DNA of 63,528 nucleotides, the filler included, from Octopus bimaculoides (lineage: Eukaryota): the NCBI RefSeq assembly GCF_001194135.2. It is 5 parts of 5 records of this genome, joined end to end, with 100 filler letters (N's around TTAATTAATTAA, not from the genome) between each part and the next. Parts side by side here need not be neighbours in the genome. Positions count along the whole stretch, not along the records: positions 30,226 to 43,401 come from NC_068988.1; positions 43,502 to 61,119 come from NC_068987.1; 3 more parts are not named here. One strand, 5' to 3'. The position numbers and the translations under genes are program-made. Every line of letters begins with the position of its first letter. Positions within the stretch are counted from its first letter, which is position 1. The notes under the pieces are model-generated. The model did not search any database. It saw only the letters and a program-made list of their open reading frames with translations, and was not told where the DNA came from. Of the stretch, positions 38,350-52,594 are shown in pieces.

Positions 38350-41300
38350 CCACTCATTTCTACTTAGACATGCCACTCAGCCGGGGCTAGATGATGGAAA
38401 GAAAGACTGATTTTATGACATCCTCTTGCAGACTACCTCATCAACGAATGACAAGGACCTTTTCTTTGTGGCTGGTAACTTCAATGGGCATATTGGACAA
38501 CATGCAGGGGGCTTCCATGGCATACATGGAGGCTGTGATTTTGGTTCCCACAATGAGGAGGGAACCAGGCTGCAGGAGTTCTGCGATGCAAATGATCTTA
38601 TGGTTTGTAACATTAACTTCAGGAAACCTGCCAGTCACCTATTCACCTGCCAATCTGGTAGGCACACTAGTTAAATTGAATACATCCTCACCAGGAAATG
38701 GGAACGATGGCTACTTATAAATGCCAAAACCTTCCCAGGAGAAGAATGCACCCCACAACATAGATTAGAAGTTAGCAGCTTCAGGATCAGGGCTAAATGG
38801 ATGCCCAGAAGATGACCAGCATGGAGGAGAAAGGTCTGGGAGCTTAAGGATCCTGAGAATGGACAGAGATTTAGAGACATACTAGCAGAGATACCCGGCT
38901 GTGCTTGGGATTAAAATGGCATAGATTTTTATTGCTTTACTTGCTTCAATCATGTGACTGCGGCCATGGTGGAGCACCGTCGTTGGTCAAAGAAATCAAC
39001 CACAGGATTTATTCTTAGTAAGCCTAGTATTCATTCTGTCAGAGTCTTTTACCAAACCTCTAAGTTACAGGAATGTAAACACAGCAACATCAGTTGTCAA
39101 GCAATGGTGGGGGTACAAACACAAGACACAGGCACACACATATACAAATATACACATACNNNNNNNNNNNNNNNNNNNNNNNNNNNNNNNNNNNNNNNNN
39201 NNNNNNNNNNNNNNNNNNNNNNNNNNNNNNNNNNNNNNNNNNNNNNNNNNNNNNNNNNNNNNNNNNNNNNNNNNNNNNNNNNNNNNNNNNNNNNNNNNNN
39301 NNNNNNNNNNNNNNNNNNNNNNNNNNNNNNNNNNNNNNNNNNNNNNNNNNNNNNNNNNNNNNNNNNNNNNNNNNNNNNNNNNNNNNNNNNNNNNNNNNNN
39401 NNNNNNNNNNNNNNNNNNNNNNNNNNNNNNNNNNNNNNNNNNNNNNNNNNNNNNNNNNNNNNNNNNNNNNNNNNNNNNNNNNNNNNNNNNNNNNNNNNNN
39501 NNNNNNNNNNNNNNNNNNNNNNNNNNNNNNNNNNNNNNNNNNNNNNNNNNNNNNNNNNNNNNNNNNNNNNNNNNNNNNNNNNNNTTAAGCTTATATAAAA
39601 AATACCATTATTATTATTATTATTTACAGGATTGTAAAATACGGTGTCGTACAACAAAACCATTTGCACCGAAAGCATATATATATATATATATATGTAT
39701 ATATGCTTTCGGTACAAATGGATTTTGTTATAAAACGCCGTATTTTACAATCCTGTAAATAATATATTATAATTCGAAAACATGAACAGTTTCGTAACAT
39801 TGTTTACAAAATAATACGTGATCATGTGCAAAGGAGCGTGTAACTTCTGCTCTGGTAACTTCTGCTCTCTCCCATGTTCACGCACAACCAGCTATATGTC
39901 GCTATGAGTAGAGCAACGAATTCAGCAAATTTGGAAATTAGTTGTGGAGAAACGGAGAATGTCGTTTATATTGTGTATCACTCCCTAAAAAGATGAAATT
40001 TAAAAAATCTATTATTTCTTTCTCTCTCTCTCTTTACACTGTCGCTAGAAGGGGATTTAACTCATGCTCCGACTTGAAAATTGTTAGAAGTTATGGTTTA
40101 AAATTATTTTTAATGCAAAAATTCACATCTTAGGCAGCAAAAAAAAAGTAATAAATGGCTGATTCCGGGCATTTTTGACCATGAGGAATCCATTGGTGCG
40201 ACTCCCAGATTGTTATCTTGTAAGGTGTGGATTTCTATAGGTGCAACACACACTCACAAACTCAGCTTTACAATATGTACTGATTACTTGAAGCTTTTGA
40301 CGAAATAGAGGGGGATATAGCCTCACATGATGTGGAAGACAACTGGAGGTTTCTATGGGACAACCTGTTGAGGGCCACTGACCAGATCTGTGGATAGTGC
40401 AAAGTCCCCTCTCAACCTAAGGTAACGTGGTGGTGGCACAATGTAGTTGACAGGACCATTGGGGAAAAGAAACAGGCATGGAAGGACTGGAAGAACGGTG
40501 GTAGCAGGGAATTGTATCAAACTGCCAGAAGGGAATCTAGGAGACAGGTTTATTTAGCCAGATAAGAAAAAAATTGCCAATGTTCTGAATCATGAGTACC
40601 AAAGACTTGAGGTGTTTTGTGTTGCAAAACAGTGCATGAGAGAGAATTGTGATGTCATAGGAGAGAAATGTGTCCGCATGGATGACGGCTCACTTGCATT
40701 TAACGAAGCTGCAAGGAGAGAGATTTGGAGATGCCACTATGAAAGGTTGCTAAATGAAGAGAATGAATGGGAGAAAGAGAGTTTTCCAACTGTTGACTCA
40801 ACAGAGGGACCAGCTATCCGAATTGACAGTACCTTGGTACATAAAGCAATTAAGGGTATGAAGACAGGGAAAGCCCCCAGCCCATCAGAAATCACCGCAG
40901 AGATGCTTAAAATATCTGGCGGTGTCAGCTATAGTCTAGTCACCCATATAGTCAATGAGGTGATACATGAATGAGTCATACCCAATGACTGGTGTAGCAG
41001 GACTATAGTCAACTCCTACAAAGGTAAAGGTGACGCTTTAGATACAAATAATTACAGAGGTATCAAGTTGTTGGATCAGGTAATGAAAGTAACGGAGAGG
41101 GTCACAGCCCAACAAATTAGGGAAAGAGTCAGCCTAGATGAGATGCAGTTGGGTTCGTGCCAGGGAAAGCACCACTGATGCTATATTTCTGGTAAGACAA
41201 AGATAAACCTCTGTACCTGGCTTTCATTGACATGGAGAAAGCCTTTGACAGGGTCTCCCGATCCCTTATCTGGTGGTCAATGGGGAAACTAGGGATAGAT

Positions 41301-42360
41301 GGATGGTTAGTGAGAGCTGTACAAGCCATGTACAGGGATGCTGTCAGTAAGGTGAGGGTTGGTGATGAGTACAGTGAAGAATTCTGGGTAGTGGTAGGGG
41401 TCCACCAAGGATCAGTCCTCAGCCCCCTCTTATTCATCATAGTCCTCCAGGCAATAACACAGGAATNNNNNNNNNNNNNNNNNNNNNNNNNNNNNNNNNN
41501 NNNNNNNNNNNNNNNNNNNNNNNNNNNNNNNNNNNNNNNNNNNNNNNNNNNNNNNNNNNNNNNNNNNNNNNNNNNNNNNNNNNNNNNNNNNNNNNNNNNN
41601 NNNNNNNNNNNNNNNNNNNNNNNNNNNNNNNNNNNNNNNNNNNNNNNNNNNNNNNNNNNNNNNNNNNNNNNNNNNNNNNNNNNNNNNNNNNNNNNNNNNN
41701 NNNNNNNNNNNNNNNNNNNNNNNNNNNNNNNNNNNNNNNNNNNNNNNNNNNNNNNNNNNNNNNNNNNNNNNNNNNNNNNNNNNNNNNNNNNNNNNNNNNN
41801 NNNNNNNNNNNNNNNNNNNNNNNNNNNNNNNNNNNNNNNNNNNNNNNNNNNNNNNNNNNNNNNNNNNNNNNNNNNNNNNNNNNNNNNNNNNNNNNNNNNN
41901 NNNNNNNNNNNNNNNNNNNNNNNNNNNNNNNNNNNNNNNNNNNNNNNNNNNNNNNNNNNNNNNNNNNNNNNNNNNNNNNNNNNNNNNNNNNNNNNNNNNN
42001 NNNNNNNNNNNNNNNNNNNNNNNNNNNNNNNNNNNNNNNNNNNNNNNNNNNNNNNNNNNNNNNNNNNNNNNNNNNNNNNNNNNNNNNNNNNNNNNNNNNN
42101 NNNNNNNNNNNNNNNNNNNNNNNNNNNNNNNNNNNNNNNNNNNNNNNNNNNNNNNNNNNNNNNNNNNNNNNNNNNNNNNNNNNNNNNNNNNNNNNNNNNN
42201 NNNNNNNNNNNNNNNNNNNGGCGTAGGTAGAAACTCCATAAGATGTACCCAGTGTAAGCTATGGACACCTAAGAGGTGCAGCAATATCAAAGGAAGGCTA
42301 ATTGGGAAAATAGTTTTTGTGTGAGGCAAATGCTCAGGAGCAATAAACACTGAAAACGTG
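38350..42360 (+). mobile_element. RTE/BovB-like LINE remnant in three pieces (~38350-38890, ~40295-41466, ~42220-42360)
   Basis: APE motifs AGNFNGHIG, NEEGTRLQEFCDANDL and PQHRL; RT motifs MEKAFDRV and HQGSVLSPLLF; downstream CTQCKLW Cys motif. Stops, frameshifts and later insertions are present. Confidence 0.92.
39618..39764. repeat. ~147-bp imperfect palindrome (MITE-like) with (TA)n centre
   Basis: tattatttacaggattgtaaaatacgg...ccgaaagcatata pairs with tatatgctttcgg...ccgtattttacaatcctgtaaataata. Confidence 0.8.
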
Positions 42361-42419
42361 CAGAGAACATTTTCTCTTTTATTCAATATTTAATTAGAAG
42401 AGAGAATATGTTGTTACCA

Positions 42420-43025
42420 AATGCATTAAAACTTCACTAACTTGATCGATCTGTTACTGAACCAGGATTTTAATTTCATTTGATAGACACTTTGCTATCG
42501 TTTATATGGAGAACTGCAAACATGACATATAAAGATAAGTTATCTTAATATAATTTTTATGAGTACATTCCTGTAAATGTTTTTCTTCTGCACAACCCAC
42601 ACACACACCTGGAAATATACACACATGAACACACATGGATGAAGTCCCATTTTGGAAGAATGTTAAAGTTTTCATTATTTTGGAGTGAAAAACACAAATA
42701 CAGGTGCTGAGCCAATGATTAAACTTGTAGTATTTTGTTGAGATTAGCCCAATGAATTGACAGCAAGGTATGTAGGAAGCATTTTTCTGAAACAAAATTT
42801 CTGTGTATAGTCCTGTTGTGCATGCATTCACACAAACACTTTCACACAAAGGTTGGTTGCTGATAAACAAAATTGTGACTGGATAAGAATTTTGTGTATA
42901 TTTACAGTAACACCATACTTGCTAAATACTAACCCTAACCATAACCCAAAGCCCTAAATTTATTTACAGCTCATTCAATAGCATAAAAACCGCACTTCAA
43001 AATAATGTTTAGCGAGTATGGTGTA
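42420..43025 (-). repeat. Inverted copy 2 of the 36440-38160 element, cut by a Helitron at 43027
   Basis: Reverse complement matches 36560-37050 and 38050-38160 (e.g. caccatact(t/c)gctaaa, aaatgaaattaaaatcctggttcagt). Confidence 0.75.
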
Positions 43026-43026
43026 A

Positions 43027-43335
43027 TCTATATATATAAAAATGAGAATGTGTGTCTGTCTGTGTGAATCCCTAAAACTCGAGAACTACGCAACCAATTT
43101 CATTCAAATTTTACACATGCTTTACTTAGGGTTCCAGTTGTGTTTTAGTCAAAAAAATGTTTAACTTCTTGCAGAGTTCGAGCCCACGGCAACATAATAT
43201 CTCCTCCACTATTTAAGTATTACGTGTCAAAAGTGAAACAAAAACACTCATGTCAAATACTTTCACTTCAAAATTGAAACTATTCCACTAACTGAAACAA
43301 TCACATTTCGATACTGTAATGACAGATACTTTCAG
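43027..43335 (+). mobile_element. 5' part of a non-autonomous Helitron
   Basis: A|TCTATATATATAAAAATGAGAATGTGTGTCTG start is typical of Helitron 5' termini, and it truncates the preceding repeat. The 3' end is not seen before the microsatellite and gap. Confidence 0.55.
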
Positions 43336-43363
43336 AGAGAGAGAAAGGGAGAGAAAGAGAGAG

Positions 43364-43394
<31 letters not shown>

Positions 43395-44511
43395 GAGAGA
43401 TNNNNNNNNNNNNNNNNNNNNNNNNNNNNNNNNNNNNNNNNNNNNTTAATTAATTAANNNNNNNNNNNNNNNNNNNNNNNNNNNNNNNNNNNNNNNNNNN
43501 NTATATATGTCAAGTTAAAACTTACTTGCAAATGGACGCGTAGCGTTCGATAATATAATAATACAAATGAGATATGAGCATATGTATGTATACATACATA
43601 TATGTACATATCTACATCTACATGTATATATATAGATGCATATCCGGGACAGGACGTCAAAAAACGTGGACAAAAAAGAAACGGGACCATAAACAAAGCA
43701 CAAAAAACGGACTTTTTTTACAGACAACAGAATGAACACATAGGAAAACAGACGAGCCACTTATGGAACTTTTCTTTCATCAGCTGCCTCTATTCTAAAC
43801 TAGGCGTTTCGAAGATATGCTCCTGTTCCTTTTTTATACATGCATATGCTCATATATCATTTGTATTATATATATATATGAAGGTGGGAGTGTGTGTGTG
43901 TATATATGTGTGAATAGGTGTATGTCTGTATGCATGTAATGTACATATACATATGAGAGAGGCTGAAAAAACTGCGTGAGGAGAAGGTGCAGCAGATATG
44001 TAATAATTTATAAATGGAAAACTGTAGAAGGGCTAGTATCCAATTTCAGCATCGAATATTATCAAATGCCGGAACAAGACGTCTTTCTCTCCGCAGTATC
44101 CGATGAACCAACGGCCCGACATGAGGTACAGATGAGGCTAGCAGAATCAAACTTGCTCATACACCAACAGCTGGATCAAAGGCACACACAAGAGTGGCGA
44201 TGTGAAACCCACCAGTCTGGGGAAAACAAACGAGAACATAAAAAAACAAAAACAGAAAACGAACTTTTTTTCGAACAACGAAAAAAACAAACAGGGAAAC
44301 GAGACATGCAACCTAAAGAACATTTTCTTCATCAGTTGTCCCTTGTTTTATCTAGNNNNNNNNNNNNNNNNNNNNNNNNNNNNNNNNNNNNNNNNNNNNN
44401 NNNNNNNNNNNNNNNNNNNNNNNNNNNNNNNNNNNNNNNNNNNNNNNNNNNNNNNNNNNNNNNNNNNNNNNNNNNNNNNNNNNNNNNNNNNNNNNNNNNN
44501 NNNNNNNNNNN

Positions 44512-44546
<35 letters not shown>

Positions 44547-46251
44547 ATGTGTGTGTGTGTGTGTGTGTGTGTATAAAGAGAGAGAGAGAGAGAAATAAAT
44601 AGATAGACAGACAGACAGACAGACAGATAGATAGATAGATAGAGTAAAAAACGTTGTTATCGTTCTTCGGTGTTAGAATTGATCTATCCTAAGTGTTTAG
44701 CATTATTTTTCTATCATCGAGTATTTTTATCAGAGTTGACTCGTGTGAGCATTGCTGTTAGGTCACTAGTCTAATAACAACTTCCTCCCGCCAGTTTTAG
44801 GCACTCTGAACAAAGTCAACGACACTCCTCTTTCTCCTGGTTAATAATTCATAAACAATGACACCATATGTCAACCTTTGCAATAATTTGTAGCCTTTAA
44901 TTCAAGGGGTCACTCTTATTACATTGACTTTGTAGACTGTACCCGTAAATTAAAGGACAAATGTTGTAAACTGAATTTATGAATTGTGCTCGCAATAAAA
45001 AGTTCACTCTTGCTACAATAAGTTTGTGAACTATACTCACAATAAAAAACTATGTACTGTACTCAAAATAAAAAAAGTCCACTCTTGCTACCATAAGTTC
45101 ATGGGTTGTACCTCCAATTCAAAAATCCACTCTCAGTACTGGTGATTAAAATGCCTGGTTCCGTTACACAGAGTCTGTGTATTGTACCCGTAAGTGCCAT
45201 CGCCGTCCTGAATCTGCCAAAGGATTATTTGAGTTTCGGTTTAATTTCATACTCTTAAATTAGATAATCATGACCTGATCTCAATGCAACAATGCTTGTG
45301 ACAAGACTGTCCCTCTTGGAAAACAGATCAAACATATCCGTCTGACCGGATTCATTTACAAGGGTAGGTGGTAATTTATGCATATGGTAGGCTTTCTTAA
45401 GGATCCAAGCGACCCTTGAGCTTGTGGAGAGAAGGTTTTCACCATTCGACATTACCTGCAGCTGTACTAGCTATGTAACTTGTGACAAGATTGTCCCTCT
45501 TGGAAAACAGTTCAAACATATCCGTCTGACCTGATTGCAGCTGTACTAGCTATGTACCTTCACATGTAATAATAAACACATACAAACTGGTACTCCGTCG
45601 GTTTGCGACGACGAGTGTTCCAGTCGATCCGCTCAACGGAACAGACACACGCAACCTTCACGTAGATCTTAGCGAGATTTAGCTTGATACAGAATGTGAC
45701 AAGGCTGGTCCCTTGGATTATATGCACGACTCATACTTCCTAGTTAAGTGAAATGGAGCAACGTGGAAAAAAAAGTGATTTGCTCAAGGATACAACGCGC
45801 CGCTGGGAATCGAACTCACAATCTTACAATCGTGAATCGAATATCCCTAACCATTAAGTTACCCGCCTTCATTAAACACACACACACACACACGCACACA
45901 CGCACGTACGCACTCACACAGAGATATAAACACGCATACACACATCCAGGCATAAATGAAGACATCGTCTGTGACCTTCAACGACGCTAACACCATCACC
46001 CCATAACTATTCCCTACCCATAAAAGTTATAAACAGTCCTGTGATACCATTGGTTGATTGTCGTATTGATTGTACAGATGATTGGCTGTTGTCGGAATTA
46101 ATTCACTGGACACACGACTCTGAATAACATCGACTTACGGTCTGTTGCTCAAATGGACAAAGTTAGATGTATATATGCATGTATGTATGTGTATAAACTT
46201 ATATACATATCCAATATCTCTCTATCTCTCTATCTCTCTCTNNNNNNNNNN

Positions 46252-46319
<68 letters not shown>

Positions 46320-46745
46320 CTCTCTCTCTTTCTCTCTCTCTGTTTCTCTCTCTCTCTCTTTCTCTCTCTCTCTATCTATCTACTTACATACCTGTATGTA
46401 TGTATGTATGTATGTATGTATGTATGTATCTATCTATCTATCTATGATATGTGTGTATGTATCTGTATCTTTATGGACGTATGTAAGTATATGCATACAC
46501 GCCTATATGGAGTGGCGTCGGGTGGGGATGCTATAGAAGAGCAAATGTGTGGCAGCTGGATTCTGCTCTTTGCCATATTTCTGGAAAGAGTCAGAATTGG
46601 TTGTCGAAGAATTTCTATTACTTCACCAGTCCCAGTATCTCGCCTTCTAATTCCTGCGATTGTAATCCCATAGATAATAATCCCATAGACTACNNNNNNN
46701 NNNATTGTAATCCCATAGATAATAATCCCATAGACTACTAGATGT

Positions 46746-46784
<39 letters not shown>

Positions 46785-47378
46785 TGGATGTGTATGTGTG
46801 AATGTAAACTGGTATTTCGTCACTTCACGTAAGAGTATAAGTAAATGGGTCTTCCATCAGTTTCGACGATGGCTACCCCTGTTGTCTGCTCAATGGTACT
46901 ACCTATTTTTGAATTATGCTTAATTGGTTGAGTATTTCGCAGAAAGAAGCATGGCTGTAAGCAAGGCAAGGCATGGCTGGCATGATGCTTATAATAGATA
47001 GAGAGATAGATAGATAGATACATACATACATACATACACACATGGATGCACACATACATATATATATACATACCCACAAACATGCATATATTTATACATG
47101 CATACATATATGCATGAATACATGCATACAAACATGCATACGTACAAGCATACATGCGCATATGTATGTGTGAGTATGACTGTGTATGATTGTGTATGTT
47201 TACATAGATAGATATGTATATATATATATGTATATGTATATATATATATTTATATATATACACAAACACATACAAACACTTAAATGCATATTCATACATA
47301 CATACCTGCATACATACATGCATGCATATTTATATATATTTGCATACATTCAGATGAATACACACAGTGAGAGGAAGG

Positions 47379-47451
<73 letters not shown>

Positions 47452-49794
47452 TTGGAAAATTACTAAGCTATAGAGAGCGAAAGGCAAAAGGAAGAACGAA
47501 GGAAGGAAAAAATGAGGTGAACATTAGAAGAAGGTAAGCAAAGTGGAGACCGTAAGAGTGCAGGACATGAAAAATATCGAATTCTCGGCTACATGGAATA
47601 TTCTCTTCTAATTCTTGGATCGATAATGTCATTTTTGATAACTACGAATATATTGAAATGAAGCGATTAATCGATAAATCAGTCTATAACCAACCCTTGT
47701 TCCAAATATACGCACACATTATCACATGTCCATGGACAGATACATAGACATACATAAACAAACAGAAATGCGTCTATCTATCTATCTATCTATCTATCTA
47801 AATTTTTGTAAACAGAGATTTACTTACGTTTCTTGCATAAATAAAAGGAATTTTATTTAACAAACTGTGACACTAAGGACCGAGGTTTCCGTGGTCTTTT
47901 CGTAGGTTTTTCTTTCCACGGATAACCTCCCCATTTATTGGGAATTTTCTGTATTATTTCATATTTTTTGTAANNNNNNNNNNNNNNNNNNNNNNNNNNN
48001 NNNNNNNNNNNNNNNNNNNNNNNNNNNNNNNNNNNNNNNNNNNNNNNNNNNNNNNNNNNNNNNNNNNNNNNNNNNNNNNNNNNNNNNNNNNNNNNNNNNN
48101 NNNNNNNNNNNNNNNNNNNNNNNNNNNNNNNNNNNNNNNNNNNNNNNNNNNNNNNNNNNNNNNNNNNNNNNNNNNNNNNNNNNNNNNNNNNNNNNNNNNN
48201 NNNNNNNNNNNNNNNNNNNNNNNNNNNNNNNNNNNNNNNNNNNNNNNNNNNNNNNNNNNNNNNNNNNNNNNNNNNNNNNNNNNNNNNNNNNNNNNNNNNN
48301 NNNNNNNNNNNNNNNNNNNNNNNNNNNNNNNNNNNNNNNNNNNNNNNNNNNNNNNNNNNNNNNNNNNNNNNNNNNNNNNNNNNNNNNNNNNNNNNNNNNN
48401 NNNNNNNNNNNNNNNNNNNNNNNNNNNNNNNNNNNNNNNNNNNNNNNNNNNNNNNNNNNNNNNNNNNNNNNNNNNNNNNNNNNNNNNNNNNNNNNNNNNN
48501 NNNNNNNNNNNNNNNNNNNNNNNNNNNNNNNNNNNNNNNNNNNNNNNNNNNNNNNNNNNNNNNNNNNNNNNNNNNNNNNNNNNNNNNNNNNNNNNNNNNN
48601 NNNNNNNNNNNNNNNNNNNNNNNNNNNNNNNNNNNNNNNNNNNNNNNNNNNNNNNNNNNNNNNNNNNNNNNNNNNNNNNNNNNNNNNNNNNNNNNNNATA
48701 TATATATATGACGGGCTTCTTTCAGTTTCCGTCTACCAAATCTATTCACAAGATTTTTGTCAGCCTGGGGCTGTAATAGAAAACACTTGCCCAAGATGCC
48801 ATGCAGTGAGGCTGAACCTGGAACCATGTAGTTGGGAAGTAAGACTCTTACCACACTTACGAAATTTATTAACAGGAAGAAGTGTTCCATCTATCCGTAG
48901 ATAGAAGATGTCAGTGTGCGAGGACAGCTTATCTAAGAGAAGAAAAAGTCTGATTTCAAGCTCACGCTGCCATGTGGCCTTTTTCGTTCACGGCAAAGGC
49001 TTTGGGAGTAAACCTTAACGATAAATTGAACCTCTAATATCAGTGATTTTGTTTTCAATTTCGTTCTGGCATCTTCTCTGATGACAGTGGGGCTAAGTTA
49101 TAGCGTCCTTGTTCTTCTATTGTGTAACATCGGTAAGACTGGCATCATGATCAAATCCTGGGCATCCATATAATTTTGCCCGGGCCCGTGGTCTGGAGAG
49201 GATACCCCCAATATCTCCTCACTACTATACCACAACGTTGGATAACAACGGAGTACTGGCCTGTCACATCCGTGTGGCACCCTAAAGACATAACGCAGAG
49301 TAAAGCAAAACATTCAAATTCTAGATCCATGACCCCACGAGACTAAAGGGTACTTTACTTAAGCCCTTTATTCTCTATGTAATATATACCACTTTCTCGA
49401 ATCTGGGATGTCTTTTCTGCTTCTCTTAAGCTTGCTTCCTGCTTTTTCAGCTCTGTCTCAGTATCTCGTCACTAACTATTTTTAGGGCGTCTTCTCTTCT
49501 ACCTCTCTTGTGGGTTCATGTTTCCTCGAGTGAAAGCCTTCCTTTCCCAGTTCTTGTTGGTTTTGAATTGCCATCGATGCTTCTGTAATTTTGCTTTCTG
49601 TAGACGAAGGTGTTGACCCTACGCAAACCCAATTTGGGGAAAGATGACCCATTTTAAACTGGCAACTATCCTTTGATTTGTCTAGCATGGGAGGCCCTAT
49701 CAGATGCTTACAATTTGCTTGCCGAGCTCTCAGAGTCATTGAGGCACACAAACTAACAAACTGCAGGAGGGGCTGGATATTTTAGCAGAAGACT

Positions 49795-50155
49795 AAAAGA
49801 TGACATCACACACAAAAGGGAAAAGATCCCTTCGGTCATGGATAACCATGGGATTGCACCAAGAAGTTTCTCCTCCGAGCTACAAGTCCAGGCAAAGTTG
49901 TTTATGGGAGACCAGCAGTCACTCATGCATACCAGCCTCCCCTCTCTGCACCACTGATGTTATCCAGGGGAAAGGCAAAGGGTCGATACAGCTTGGCACC
50001 AGTGACATCGCAACTTATGTCTACAGATGACTGAACTGGAGCAACATGATTTGAAGTGTCTTACTCAAGAATACAACACAGCCCGGTCCGTGAATCGAAC
50101 TCACTACCCCATGATCATGAGCCCGATGCTCTAACCACTGAGCCAAGCACCTTCA
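49795..50155 (-). mobile_element. tRNA-derived SINE with LINE-like tail
   Basis: On minus: tggctcagtggttagagcatcggg (A box) and gtgagttcgattcacggacc (B box), then body cttgagtaagacact.... Confidence 0.7.
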
Positions 50156-51431
50156 TCACACACATAAATATATGTTATTAATATGTTCATCATTACTCTT
50201 TTCTACTCTAGGCACTAGGTCCAAACATTTTTTGAGGGGAGGGGCCAGTCATTTAGATCGGCCCAGTGTGCAACTGGTACTTAATTTATCGACCCCGAAA
50301 GGATGAAAAGTAAAGTCGACCTCGGTGGAATTTGAACTCAGAAAGTAAAGACAGACGATGTTCCTCATTACTCTATGACAGCTAGTGTTTTGAGGGAGAT
50401 TAAATGGTATATTTTTTGTATCTTGCTACTAAAGTGCATTTGCTCTTAACTGCTGGCTGGCTCCATTTTATCTTCATTAAGGCCCCACCTTTTTTCTCTT
50501 ATGACCCTTATTTTGTTAATTCTCCCAGGCACCGCCTTAAAATGCTTTCAATCAATTCTCCCTTCTCAGAACATCGAGCTCTCTGATATTCTCTCGCTAC
50601 TCATGTTTTTCCTTCAGTCCATCAACTCNNNNNNNNNNNNNNNNNNNNNNNNNNNNNNNNNNNNNNNNNNNNNNNNNNNNNNNNNNNNNNNNNNNNNNNN
50701 NNNNNNNNNNNNNNNNNNNNNNNNNNNNNNNNNNNNNNNNNNNNNNNNNNNNNNNNNNNNNNNNNNNNNNNNNNNNNNNNNNNNNNNNNNNNNNNNNNNN
50801 NNNNNNNNNNNNNNNNNNNNNNNNNNNNNNNNNNNNNNNNNNNNNNNNNNNNNNNNNNNNNNNNNNNNNNNNNNNNNNNNNNNNNNNNNNNNNNNNNNNN
50901 NNNNNNNNNNNNNNNNNNNNNNNNNNNNNNNNNNNNNNNNNNNNNNNNNNNNNNNNNNNNNNNNNNNNNNNNNNNNNNNNNNNNNNNNNNNNNNNNNNNN
51001 NNNNNNNNNNNNNNNNNNNNNNNNNNNNNNNNNNNNGGATACTGAAGAAATGAAACAGACAAGCCCACCACTGTCCGAACGTCAGTAATTCATAAACATG
51101 TATTTCATCATTTGCATAAACAAAAAAAAAAAACCAAAAATAAATAAAAACCAAAATTATTTAAATGAAAGTAAATAAAAACAAAATATGTCAAAAATCA
51201 TTCATAAAATGTTGATGAGGTTTTGCTGTTGTAGTTGTTGTCATCTATTGACTAAACTGTTTAATAAGGAATATAATGTAGTTGTTATGGGAACTACAGC
51301 CAGTGCAGCTATTGAGGTAATAAAGCAACAGACCAATCACATCAGCTTATAGCTATGACGTAATGACATCCTTAGTATATGTTTTCTAGTCCTTTTATAG
51401 TTTTATTTTGAGAAATATATATATATATACG

Positions 51432-51464
<33 letters not shown>

Positions 51465-51474
51465 NNNNNNNNNN

Positions 51475-51509
<35 letters not shown>

Positions 51510-51667
51510 AAACACAGACACACGCACATATATATACTTATATATATATTCAATATATATATATACTTATATATACACTCAATATATATATATACACGTA
51601 TGTATATATATATAAATATGTGTATATAATATAGATGTACACGCACACATATATATAATATAGCTGT

Positions 51668-51716
<49 letters not shown>

Positions 51717-52528
51717 TATATGTGTATGTATGTATACAGATATATATGCAATATTACATATGTCTTTTTTTCGTTTTCTTATTCTTCAACGTTTTCTTGG
51801 TAATTTTTTTTTATATAAAAAAAAACTTGTTTTTTCTTTTGCTGACATAGGCAAAAATTGTCTAAAGGCGAAAAGTAATGAAAAACGCCCCAAACATTTT
51901 ATTGAGAAAAGAAAGTAATTTAAAATGGTTGAAAATAAAACACGTGTGTGTGTATCCGAGTGTGTGTGAGTGTTTGTGTATGTAGGTGTGTGTTTATGTG
52001 TGAACGTGTGCTGGTTTGGCGAAGCGCTCGCGGACAAAGAATCAAGACCATCCTGGAATAGCTCCGCGCCACCCCACCCCATAAAAAGGGGGAAACAATC
52101 AATAATGTTGCTAGTCTTAGATATGCACATACATATAAACACTGAGGCACTCACGTACATAAACTACACATAGCTACACATAATCTGCAAACGTTCATAT
52201 TGTTGTAATAGTTAAATCATAAATGAAAACTTTACTTGTCATTGTGGTTTTGTGACACGAAGCAAAGCAAGCCTTGCCCTCCACTCAAGAACACACATAA
52301 TAAATAATCCATAAGCACTCGAACAAACTGAGTCCTCAACTTGTTCCATTTGCCAAAAGGTTTGCGAGGCATCCGCAGGCTTCAAGAGACGCATTCGTGT
52401 CCATAGAACATGGTCAACGTTTTACTTTACAGAAACCCTCATTTGTCGTTCCATCATATATGTATTTGTATTTTGCTTAGGCATTGCGAGACTAACATGT
52501 AGACTTATTTGCATACGGGTATGCATTC

Positions 52529-52594
<66 letters not shown>

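Noticed and set aside
43770-43825. Circularly permuted (type II) hammerhead GAAAC...CUGAUGA on minus
   Set aside because: Stem I cannot be formed and stem II is mismatched in this copy.
46660-46740. Tandem duplication on both sides of a 10-N gap
   Set aside because: Typical unmerged contig overlap.
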